Shown piece after piece: positions 10,421 through 18,544 of a DNA stretch of 60,514 nt. A program made the position numbers and the translations under genes. Each line of letters opens with the position of its first letter. Position 1 is the stretch's first letter. Under the pieces are notes generated by a model. It was not told the origin of the DNA, made no database searches, and saw only the letters and a list, made by a program, of their open reading frames with translations. The DNA is from a virus (taxonomy: Duplodnaviria > Caudoviricetes): IMG/VR virus record IMGVR_UViG_3300025483_000009, positions 1 to 60,514 of that record; one strand, written 5' to 3'.

Positions 10421-10565
10421 AGTTGATATCCTTGCAAGGATCATGAAATTGAAAACTTCGTTGTATAATGAACATACTCATTATGCCTGGTCAGAGGATC
10501 AAAAGTATTCTGCTCAGTGTGCATTAAGTGAAGTGCTAGATATCCTAAAGGAATACAGACTATGA
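10401..10565 (+). CDS. Hypothetical 54-aa protein (not in the ORF track)
   Basis: MRGQVTKVDILARIMKLK...; stop overlaps the next ATG (ATGA). Confidence 0.6.
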   Translation: MRGQVTKVDILARIMKLKTSLYNEHTHYAWSEDQKYSAQCALSEVLDILKEYRL

Positions 10566-10759
10566 ATCAAGACTGGAGATACAGTGAAGAACGCATGAAA
10601 CTCAGAGCAGATGTATTTGTTTTACTCTCAAAGAAATACTTTACTCTGAAGCATTCAAAAAATCTATATGAGTTCTGTCATGACTGGGTGAGTCAGGGTA
10701 ATCAAACTACTGACGGTGTTGAAAAAGCGTTTGTTAAGTATCTAGAGTCTATTAAATGA
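10562..10759 (+). CDS. Hypothetical protein
   Basis: 65-aa ORF with ATGA coupling at both ends. Confidence 0.65.
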   Translation: MNQDWRYSEERMKLRADVFVLLSKKYFTLKHSKNLYEFCHDWVSQGNQTTDGVEKAFVKYLESIK

Positions 10760-10941
10760 AAATTCACTCACAATTTTTTGGAGACGATGGAGTTAGGGAA
10801 GCAAAAGTATGTTATGTAACTGATGAGTCGTATCATCACTACAAAGTATTTTGTATTACAGATAAAGCATCCCACACAAAACAATTCAGTCAAAAGATTG
10901 ACGCTGAAGAATACGCAGAAAGTTGGGTCTTAGACACATGA
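10756..10941 (+). CDS. Hypothetical protein
   Basis: 61-aa ORF with ATGA coupling. Confidence 0.65.
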   Translation: MKIHSQFFGDDGVREAKVCYVTDESYHHYKVFCITDKASHTKQFSQKIDAEEYAESWVLDT

Positions 10942-11075
10942 ACGAAGGAGATCAAGAAGCAAAGTTTACTAAAGAAGATGAACAACTTTTGAGGCAAGCC
11001 ATGGCATTCTTGAAGCATCGTGAGCTTTGCCAAGAACCATTTGATGGATATTGGGAGGATGGTGATGACATATAA
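10938..11075 (+). CDS. Hypothetical 45-aa acidic protein (not in the ORF track)
   Basis: MNEGDQEAKFTKEDEQLLRQAM...; ATGA-coupled to the upstream ORF. Confidence 0.55.
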   Translation: MNEGDQEAKFTKEDEQLLRQAMAFLKHRELCQEPFDGYWEDGDDI

Positions 11076-11271
11076 ATTACTTTTGTGCCTTTCGCCACTA
11101 CTTATCATCTTCATACTAATGAAATTTATTGTTTGGATTAGTGCGGTCAATACTGAATCGGGTTATGTCAGAAAAGAACCTTTACGAAAACGAGGACCCT
11201 ACCTGGAAAATCCATATGCAGATGTTGACGAAGAGGAAGAAGAATATGGAGATCGCACAGACTATCGATGA
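11065..11271 (+). CDS. Small single-pass membrane protein
   Basis: GGAGG RBS; hydrophobic LLLCLSPLLIIFILMKFIVWI; acidic tail. Confidence 0.6.
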   Translation: MTYKLLLCLSPLLIIFILMKFIVWISAVNTESGYVRKEPLRKRGPYLENPYADVDEEEEEYGDRTDYR

Positions 11272-11389
11272 GGCATTGTTGGAGTGGTATTCCGAGCAAG
11301 GTAGAGATGTTCCACAATGGAAACGGAGAGATCCACAATGGTGGATCGATTATCTACGCAGTTTAGGAATGGATCCTAACAATCCATGA
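11246..11389 (+). CDS. Hypothetical Trp-rich protein
   Basis: MEIAQTIDEALLEWY...PQWWIDYL; ATGA-coupled to the next ORF. Confidence 0.55.
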   Translation: MEIAQTIDEALLEWYSEQGRDVPQWKRRDPQWWIDYLRSLGMDPNNP

Positions 11390-11583
11390 GTGCAGAAGAA
11401 CCAGCATTATACACAATGACATTATCAATAGAAGACATTCATCTTCTATATCATTGTGTTTGCAAACGACTAGAAACCTGGGAGGGATCTCCTTCCAGGC
11501 ATCCAACAGAACAAGAGCATCTGTGGTATCTAAAGAACCAACTATACAGAGCAGTATTAGATTACAAGTTTCACGACATGTGA
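11386..11583 (+). CDS. Hypothetical protein
   Basis: 65-aa ORF in a coupled string. Confidence 0.6.
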   Translation: MSAEEPALYTMTLSIEDIHLLYHCVCKRLETWEGSPSRHPTEQEHLWYLKNQLYRAVLDYKFHDM

Positions 11584-11611
11584 TAAATACTAGGTAGCTT
11601 GGGAAGTTGAC

Positions 11612-12124
11612 ATGCCTGCTGAATGGTACAAAGAGCAGCCAACAAATAGAAATTATCTATCTCCAGTAGGTTTCCAATTTAAGTTGGAAAAATTTTCGGG
11701 GGTAGATTTTTTCTGTCAAGGTGTAAACATCCCTGATGTTTCTATGCCAGTTGCAAACCTAGGCAGTAAGTTCAGAAACATTCCCATCCCTGGGAGTGGT
11801 GGTGTTGAGTATGGTGACCTTACAGTTACTTTTCTGATTGACGAAGACTTCAACAACTTCATGACAATCCAAAACTGGATCCGTAAGTATGGATTGAGTG
11901 AGGGTCATAGCGACGGTCCTGACGACCAGTCTGCTGGTGTTCTACAGATTCTCACATCAAACTTCAATGGTAATTTTTATGTTAGGTTTGAAGGTCTGTT
12001 CCCAACTAGCTTGACAGGAGTTCAGTATGATGCTAGTTTAGAGAATATCGAATACCTAACTGCAACTGCAACATTCAAGTTCACTAGGTATAGAATACAG
12101 AATGAACAAAGTATTGATTTATGA
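11612..12124 (+). CDS. g3: Tail completion / tube terminator protein
   Basis: NYLSPVGFQF, FLIDEDF, FPTSL; ATAAATA at 11583; g3-uvsY-uvsW synteny. Confidence 0.88.
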   Translation: MPAEWYKEQPTNRNYLSPVGFQFKLEKFSGVDFFCQGVNIPDVSMPVANLGSKFRNIPIPGSGGVEYGDLTVTFLIDEDFNNFMTIQNWIRKYGLSEGHSDGPDDQSAGVLQILTSNFNGNFYVRFEGLFPTSLTGVQYDASLENIEYLTATATFKFTRYRIQNEQSIDL

Positions 12125-12594
12125 ATTTTGAGACCCTTCGTAATAAATTTGAGAATCTCAGAGAGCAGTGGGCAGAAGATTCAGCAGTTGACTTTCAATT
12201 TAAGAACAAACAGTATACCACAGATTTAGGGCAACTCGCATTATCGATCCCCTTCCAACATAATAAATACTTAAACCATTACACTGACATTCAACAGATC
12301 AAAACTTCGTTGGAGTTTGAGATCCGCAAAGTGGTGAAGGAAAAACGTGAGTATTATTCTGGCGAAGCAGATGCCAAAACTTACGCCGCCAAACCATTTG
12401 GATCGAGCATCAAGACCTCAGAAAAAATGAAAGTATATCTAGAGTCTGATGATGAGATCATCAACCTAGAAGCAAAAATTAAATATCTAGACCAGATGCT
12501 TTACTGGTTAGATCAGGTCATGAAACAAATTTCCAACAGAGGTTTTCAGGTCAAGAGTGCCATTGAGTGGGAGAAATTTGTAAATGGACAATGA
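12121..12594 (+). CDS. uvsY: Recombination mediator UvsY
   Basis: EYYSG, RGFQVKSAIEW; synteny. Confidence 0.9.
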   Translation: MNFETLRNKFENLREQWAEDSAVDFQFKNKQYTTDLGQLALSIPFQHNKYLNHYTDIQQIKTSLEFEIRKVVKEKREYYSGEADAKTYAAKPFGSSIKTSEKMKVYLESDDEIINLEAKIKYLDQMLYWLDQVMKQISNRGFQVKSAIEWEKFVNGQ

Positions 12595-14057
12595 TGACAA
12601 CCCTCTCTGTTAAAAAGAAGAACGAAGTCTATGTGACTATTCAATCCGCTGAGCCTCATGTTCATCATGAGCTCTCGGACTATTTTTCTTTTGAGGTTCC
12701 AGAAGCAAAATTTCTAAAGAAAAATCCCAGATACAAATACTGGGATGGAACGATCAGATTGTATTCTCCTGGCACAGGTGAACTGTATGGTGGTCTAATG
12801 AATCACCTACATACCTGGGCAGCAGAACGCCAATATCAGATTGAATATGAAACCAATGATTGGTATGGATCCGTAGAAGAAACAAACGATTTTGTTTCTC
12901 CTGAAGGTGTCAAAGTCTTCATGGATAAAATCTGCAATATCAAACCAAGACCTTACCAATACAAAGCTGTATATGAAGCGGTTAAAAACAATCGCAAACT
13001 CTTACTTTCTCCTACGGGCAGCGGTAAGAGTCTCATGATCTATTCCCTCGTCAGATACTATACTGCTACCAACAAGAAAACTCTCATCATCGTGCCTACT
13101 ACGTCCTTGGTAGAACAGATGGTCAATGACTTTAATGACTACGGATGGAATGCTGACGACCATGTGCATAAGATTTATTCGGGCAAAGATAAAAATACGG
13201 ACAAACCAATTGTTATTTCCACTTGGCAATCAATCTACAAGTTCCCAAAAAGATACTTTGATGATATTGACTGTGTTATCGGTGATGAGGCACACTTATT
13301 TAAGTCGAAGTCCCTCACAGGAATTATGACTAAACTTCATAACGCCAAGTATCGTTTCGGTTTTACTGGAACGCTTGACGGAAGCAAGACTCATAAGTGG
13401 GTGTTAGAAGGTTTGTTTGGTTCGTGTGAACAGGTAACTAAAACAGATGATCTAATTAAATCAGGTTACCTATCTAAATTTAGGATCAAAGTTCTACTTT
13501 GTAAACATGCTCCTCAGTATTTTGACACATATCATGACGAGATGGAGTATCTTGTCGAACATAAAGGTAGAAATAATCTGATCAAAAATCTTGTCAACGA
13601 TTTAGAAGGCAATACTTTGGTATTGTTCAACTACATTGAAAAACATGGTGAACCTCTTTATGAATTAATAAATAATACATTAGACCCAGAGCGAAAAATC
13701 TTTTTCGTTCATGGTGGCACTGATGTGGAAGACCGTGAGAAAGTAAGACAGATTACTGAACAAGAATCAAACGCTGTCATCATTGCATCTTACGGAACAT
13801 TCAGCACTGGTATCAATATTAAACGACTACACAACATCGTTTTTGCATCACCTAGTAAATCTCGTATTCGCAATCTACAATCGATTGGTAGAGTCCTGAG
13901 AAAGGGTGATGGCAAAGACATGGCAACATTATACGACATAGCTGACGACATTGGTGGTCAGAACTATACACTCAGACACCTCAACGACAGAGTTACTATC
14001 TACAATGAGGAAAACTTTAAGTATGAGGTTATCAAAGTAAACCTTAGAGCAAATTAA
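12591..14057 (+). CDS. uvsW: SF2 RNA-DNA/DNA helicase UvsW
   Basis: SPTGSGKS, GDEAH, QSIGRVLR. Confidence 0.96.
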   Translation: MMTTLSVKKKNEVYVTIQSAEPHVHHELSDYFSFEVPEAKFLKKNPRYKYWDGTIRLYSPGTGELYGGLMNHLHTWAAERQYQIEYETNDWYGSVEETNDFVSPEGVKVFMDKICNIKPRPYQYKAVYEAVKNNRKLLLSPTGSGKSLMIYSLVRYYTATNKKTLIIVPTTSLVEQMVNDFNDYGWNADDHVHKIYSGKDKNTDKPIVISTWQSIYKFPKRYFDDIDCVIGDEAHLFKSKSLTGIMTKLHNAKYRFGFTGTLDGSKTHKWVLEGLFGSCEQVTKTDDLIKSGYLSKFRIKVLLCKHAPQYFDTYHDEMEYLVEHKGRNNLIKNLVNDLEGNTLVLFNYIEKHGEPLYELINNTLDPERKIFFVHGGTDVEDREKVRQITEQESNAVIIASYGTFSTGINIKRLHNIVFASPSKSRIRNLQSIGRVLRKGDGKDMATLYDIADDIGGQNYTLRHLNDRVTIYNEENFKYEVIKVNLRAN

Positions 14058-14059
14058 AT

Positions 14060-14446
14060 ATGCAAGAAGAAGAGTTTTATGCAACTATTAAATTAGTAAC
14101 AGGTGAAGAGATAGTATCTAAAGTCTGCTATATGCCAGACGAAGATAGTTTGATCTTAGAAAATCCACTTGAGGTTTTACCTGTAGAACAAACCAAGAGT
14201 AGTGTTAAGATAAATGGATTCACTTTAGTTGAATGGATCAGATCAACATTGGATCAGATGTTTGTTTTACCAAAACAACATATCCTTACCATGACTGAAA
14301 CAGATAAAAAAATAGAGGTCTTTTATAAAAAGACACTCAAGAAACTTAACTCAGGTGTAGAGAACAGTCAGTTCACTAGAAAGATGGGTAGGATAGGATC
14401 CGTAAAGGAAACAAAAAAATATCTAGAAGATATATACAAGCTATAA
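14060..14446 (+). CDS. Conserved hypothetical protein (possible Sm-like fold)
   Basis: IKLVTGEEIVS N-terminus; between uvsW and g55. Confidence 0.7.
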   Translation: MQEEEFYATIKLVTGEEIVSKVCYMPDEDSLILENPLEVLPVEQTKSSVKINGFTLVEWIRSTLDQMFVLPKQHILTMTETDKKIEVFYKKTLKKLNSGVENSQFTRKMGRIGSVKETKKYLEDIYKL

Positions 14447-14478
14447 AGCTTTAATTCCTTTGAACCCTTGACAGAGTT

Positions 14479-14507
14479 ATTGTACTAAGTTTCTGAGGTT
14501 CTGTCAA
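14479..14507 (-). promoter_or_regulatory. Antisense sigma70-type promoter
   Basis: Minus strand TTGACA (14507-14502), 17 nt, TACAAT (14484-14479). Confidence 0.6.
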
Positions 14508-14509
14508 GC

Positions 14510-14538
14510 TTGACATCACAGTGTCACAGTGTTACAAT
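14510..14538 (+). promoter_or_regulatory. Sigma70-type promoter for g55
   Basis: TTGACA, 17 nt, TACAAT. Confidence 0.75.
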
Positions 14539-14575
14539 CTAAAGGCGTTCATAGCAAACAATAGGAACCTGCGGG

Positions 14576-15067
14576 ATGACTAGAAAAAAAACTGAAAACT
14601 ATGTTAATAACAAAGAGTTCCTTGAGGCTATAACTCTCTATCGCAATAAAGTTCTAGATGCAAAAGAGAAGGGTTTAGACAGACCTAGGGTTCCCAATTA
14701 CATTGGTGATTGCTTTCTTAAGATTGCTACACACCTATCGTATAAACCAAACTTTGTCAATTACATGTTCAGGGAGGACATGATCTGTGATGGCATTGAA
14801 AACTGCCTCCAGTATATTGACAACTTTAATCCTGCGAAATCAAGCAATCCGTTTGCTTACTTCACTCAAATCATTTATTACGCATTCCTGCGTCGTATTC
14901 AGAAAGAGAAAAAACAACTTGAGATCAAGAGTAAGATTCTCGAAAAGTCTGGTTATGATGAAGTCATGCACACTGATACATTTGATGGTATGATGTCTGG
15001 TATGAACGCATCTTATTCCGACATGGGTAGTATTAAAGAAAACATCGAAACCAGAATGAATAGATAA
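14576..15067 (+). CDS. g55: Late transcription sigma factor
   Basis: YVNNKEF, NPFAYFTQIIYYAFLRRIQKEK. Confidence 0.96.
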   Translation: MTRKKTENYVNNKEFLEAITLYRNKVLDAKEKGLDRPRVPNYIGDCFLKIATHLSYKPNFVNYMFREDMICDGIENCLQYIDNFNPAKSSNPFAYFTQIIYYAFLRRIQKEKKQLEIKSKILEKSGYDEVMHTDTFDGMMSGMNASYSDMGSIKENIETRMNR

Positions 15068-15222
15068 TGACTGATGAAAATGCCCTTTGGGAGGACATGA
15101 GGAAACTCAATGCACTCTACGAAGAACTTTGCTGGGGTTATGATGATGAACTAGTATTCACCCATGATGGCACCAGAGTGATAATCTTTAATAAAGACAA
15201 AGAGAATGAGCGAACATCCTGA
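15067..15222 (+). CDS. Hypothetical 51-aa protein (not in the ORF track)
   Basis: TAATG-coupled to g55; MTDENALWEDMRKLNALYEELCW... Confidence 0.6.
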   Translation: MTDENALWEDMRKLNALYEELCWGYDDELVFTHDGTRVIIFNKDKENERTS

Positions 15223-15451
15223 AATTGCTGAACATGAATGGTTTGAATGTGAATATGGAACATATCGTGTCGAACAGAAACGATTTGGAACGTGGATTAG
15301 CTATAGTAAGGAAGGTGAGGAGCTCATCACAGGACTTACGAGGGAAATTGTCATTAAAATGTCTGCGTTCCATCTCGAAGGAGTCGCTACTAACTGGGCA
15401 AATTGTAGGACTTCCAAGCAATTCGATGGAACTGTTGGAGGTAAACTATGA
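15206..15451 (+). CDS. Hypothetical protein
   Basis: 81-aa ORF, ATGA-coupled to g47. Confidence 0.65.
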   Translation: MSEHPEIAEHEWFECEYGTYRVEQKRFGTWISYSKEGEELITGLTREIVIKMSAFHLEGVATNWANCRTSKQFDGTVGGKL

Positions 15452-16494
15452 AGATCGCACTAATCACTGATCAACATCTTGATGGTCGTAAAGGTTCTCT
15501 AGCGTTCTGGAATTACTTTCAAAGGTTCTACGATGAAATATTTTTTCCTACGCTTGAGAAAGAAGGTGTCCGCACCATCATTGATCTGGGCGACACATTT
15601 GATAATCGAAAGTCTATAGACTTTAATACTTTTCATCGTGTGCGTGAAAATTATTTCGAGAGACTGAGACCATATAATGTACACATGATTCTTGGCAATC
15701 ACTGTACATACTATAAGAATACCAACCGTATCAACTCACCAGAACTTCTGCTAGGAGGGCAGTACGCAAACATCAGAATCTATTCTGAACCAACTGAAGT
15801 TTTGATGGGTAAGAAAGTATTCCTGATGCTTCCCTGGATCAATAAAGAAAATCAGGAAGAGGTGTTTAGATTACTTGAGGTGAGTCAGGCAGATAATGTT
15901 TGTGGTCACCTAGAGATTGAGGGATTTGAAGTTATTCCTGGCATGAAGTTTGATCATGGTGGTCTGTCACCATCAATCTTTAAAAACTTTAAGCGTGTCT
16001 GGTCTGGACATTTCCACCACAGATCTAAGAAAGGTAACATCCAGTATCTTGGCAACCCATACCAGATGTTCTGGAACGACTACAAGGAAGAGAGGGGGTT
16101 TCATATCTATGATACTGAGACTGACAAACTGAAGTTCTACAAAAATCCTTTTGAGATTTTTACCAAGGTTTACTACAACGATGTGGAGAATGACTATGCG
16201 TCATATGATACCGATCAGCATAAAGATACTTATGTTAAAGTTGTTGTGGAAGAAAAGAGAGACTACGCGCAGTTTGAAAATCTTCTGGACAGACTCTACT
16301 ATGCTGGCGCACATGATGTTAAAATCGTCGAGACGCTAGTTGACACAACCGATGTCGATGATGTAGAATTTAATGTGAAAGACACATTGACTTTGCTTAG
16401 TGAGTATATTGATGAAATTGATTTGCAGGTAGATAAAACCGACCTTAAAAAATTGATGCAATCACTATACATAGAATCATGCGAAGTTTCTTAG
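15448..16494 (+). CDS. g47: Recombination endonuclease subunit (Mre11/SbcD-like)
   Basis: TDQH, GDTFD, GNH, SGHFH metallophosphoesterase motifs; GGAGG RBS. Confidence 0.96.
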   Translation: MKIALITDQHLDGRKGSLAFWNYFQRFYDEIFFPTLEKEGVRTIIDLGDTFDNRKSIDFNTFHRVRENYFERLRPYNVHMILGNHCTYYKNTNRINSPELLLGGQYANIRIYSEPTEVLMGKKVFLMLPWINKENQEEVFRLLEVSQADNVCGHLEIEGFEVIPGMKFDHGGLSPSIFKNFKRVWSGHFHHRSKKGNIQYLGNPYQMFWNDYKEERGFHIYDTETDKLKFYKNPFEIFTKVYYNDVENDYASYDTDQHKDTYVKVVVEEKRDYAQFENLLDRLYYAGAHDVKIVETLVDTTDVDDVEFNVKDTLTLLSEYIDEIDLQVDKTDLKKLMQSLYIESCEVS

Positions 16495-16501
16495 AACGTC
16501 C

Positions 16502-16807
16502 ATGTATTTAATCGCACTAGAAAATAATCCATCAGGAGTATATTCTGTTCCTGATGAAGATAATGATAAGATTATTCCAATCTTTGAGTGTGAATCAGAT
16601 GCCGAAAGATACATTTCTTTCCTAGAAGAAGATCCAATTAGTCCAGACTTACAGGTTATTGAGATTGATGGAGATGTCATGGTCGCTGCATGTGTGTCTA
16701 GCGGTCAAAGATACAGTATAATTACCGAAGACGATTTTATCGTACCCCCAGATTGTTATGATTCACTTTCAAAAGATCCGTTGGAAGAACTTCCTGAGCA
16801 CGGGTAA
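16502..16807 (+). CDS. DUF3110-like cyanobacterial/cyanophage protein
   Basis: GVYSV...IFECESDAERY pattern; between g47 and g46. Confidence 0.6.
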   Translation: MYLIALENNPSGVYSVPDEDNDKIIPIFECESDAERYISFLEEDPISPDLQVIEIDGDVMVAACVSSGQRYSIITEDDFIVPPDCYDSLSKDPLEELPEHG

Positions 16808-18503
16808 TACCTTTAGTGAGATTGATTTTACAGCAGCTAGAACTAACCTCATTGTAGGAACTAACGGAGCAGGTAAGAGCACCATTTTGGATGCGCTTAC
16901 CTTTTCTTTGTTTGGGAAACCATTCCGTAAGATCAACAAACCGATGCTGGTGAATAGCATCAACGAAAAGGATTGCATTGCTGAGATTGAATTTAACATC
17001 GGTAAGAAAGAATACAAGCTTGTTCGTGGTATCAAACCAAACAAACTTGAGATCTATTGTGATGGTCGTCTGTGGAATCAGGAAGCATCGCTTGTAGATC
17101 AACAGAAGAACTTTGAGAACAATGTTCTCAAGATGAACTACAAATCATTTACACAGATTGTGGTGCTTGGTAGCAGCACTTTTGTACCATTCATGCGTTT
17201 GTCTCTGGCACAGCGTCGTGAGATCATCGAAGACATTCTTGACATCCAAGTCTTCTCCACGATGAATGTTGTGCTTAAGGATAAGATCCGTGAGAACTCT
17301 GAGGAGATTCGTAACCTAGAGTCAGAAATTTTTCTTCTGGAAGAGAAAGTACAACTCCAGAAGAACTATATGTTTGAGTTGGAAAAACAAAACAAAGAAG
17401 CTGTAGCAAAGAAGACTGAAAAGATTAACGAGTATAAAAAAACTGAACTCCAGTCTAACGAAGACATTAGCATTCTCACACAACAAATCAGTAAACTTAA
17501 TGAAGAAATGCAGGAGTATAAAACTTCTAGCGAAAAGATCAAAAAGTTAAACACTTTTCTCATTAAAGTGCAGTCTAAGTTAGATACTTGTAAAAAAGAA
17601 CATGACTTCTTTGAGAAGAACCATGTCTGTCCTACTTGCACACAGGATCTTTCTGATGAGTTTCGTGATGAAAAGTTACAGACTGGTCAGACAAAAGTTG
17701 ATGAGATGTTGGTAGGTTACAATGATATTCTCTCTGCAATTGGGGAGGAAGAGTCCCGATTTGCAAAGTTTACTGAGTTATCTACAGAAGTTAATAACAT
17801 AAACAACACAATTTATCAAACAAATTGTCAGATTACATCAACTCGGAAGTTAATGGAAGATCTTCAAGGAGAGATCGTTGAGTTGCAAGCTATGAATCCT
17901 GACAAGAAAGCAGAGTTTGTAAAACTAGAGACGCTGGTCAACTCCAAAAAGCAACTCAACAAAGACTTTGGATCACTGAAGCAGGACAAAGCAATCTTAA
18001 CAACGGCTACACAATTGCTAAAGGACAGTGGTATCAAGACTAGAATCATCAAGACATATCTGCCTACGATGAACAAACTGATCAATCAGTATCTTCAGCG
18101 TATGGATTTTTATGTCAATTTTACTCTCAATGAGAGTTTTGAAGAGACTATTAAATCTAGATACCGTGATGTATTTTCTTATGAATCTTTCAGTGAGGGA
18201 GAAAAAGCTCGTATCGATATCGCTTTGCTGCTTACTTGGCGTAGTATTGCTAAACTTAAGAATTCTGTGGATACTAACCTCCTCATTCTAGACGAGATCT
18301 TTGATGGATCTCTTGATCAGTCTGGCACATCTGATCTAGGATGGATCCTCCGTAACTTTGATGACTCTACTAGAGTGTTTGTCATCAGTCATAAATCTAA
18401 TATAGATGACAAGTTCGACAGGACTTTGACCGTTGATAAAGAGAAGAATTTTTCTGTGATCACAGAGACAGCAAACGAAGTGTCCCATGCCCTGGTTGGG
18501 TGA
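16758..18503 (+). CDS. g46: Recombination endonuclease subunit (Rad50/SbcC-like)
   Basis: GTNGAGKS, CPTC zinc hook, FSEGEK signature, LILDE. Confidence 0.97.
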   Translation: MIHFQKIRWKNFLSTGNTFSEIDFTAARTNLIVGTNGAGKSTILDALTFSLFGKPFRKINKPMLVNSINEKDCIAEIEFNIGKKEYKLVRGIKPNKLEIYCDGRLWNQEASLVDQQKNFENNVLKMNYKSFTQIVVLGSSTFVPFMRLSLAQRREIIEDILDIQVFSTMNVVLKDKIRENSEEIRNLESEIFLLEEKVQLQKNYMFELEKQNKEAVAKKTEKINEYKKTELQSNEDISILTQQISKLNEEMQEYKTSSEKIKKLNTFLIKVQSKLDTCKKEHDFFEKNHVCPTCTQDLSDEFRDEKLQTGQTKVDEMLVGYNDILSAIGEEESRFAKFTELSTEVNNINNTIYQTNCQITSTRKLMEDLQGEIVELQAMNPDKKAEFVKLETLVNSKKQLNKDFGSLKQDKAILTTATQLLKDSGIKTRIIKTYLPTMNKLINQYLQRMDFYVNFTLNESFEETIKSRYRDVFSYESFSEGEKARIDIALLLTWRSIAKLKNSVDTNLLILDEIFDGSLDQSGTSDLGWILRNFDDSTRVFVISHKSNIDDKFDRTLTVDKEKNFSVITETANEVSHALVG

Positions 18504-18544
18504 CCACTCCTGCTGTATGATATGTCCATACACGCAGAGATTAG

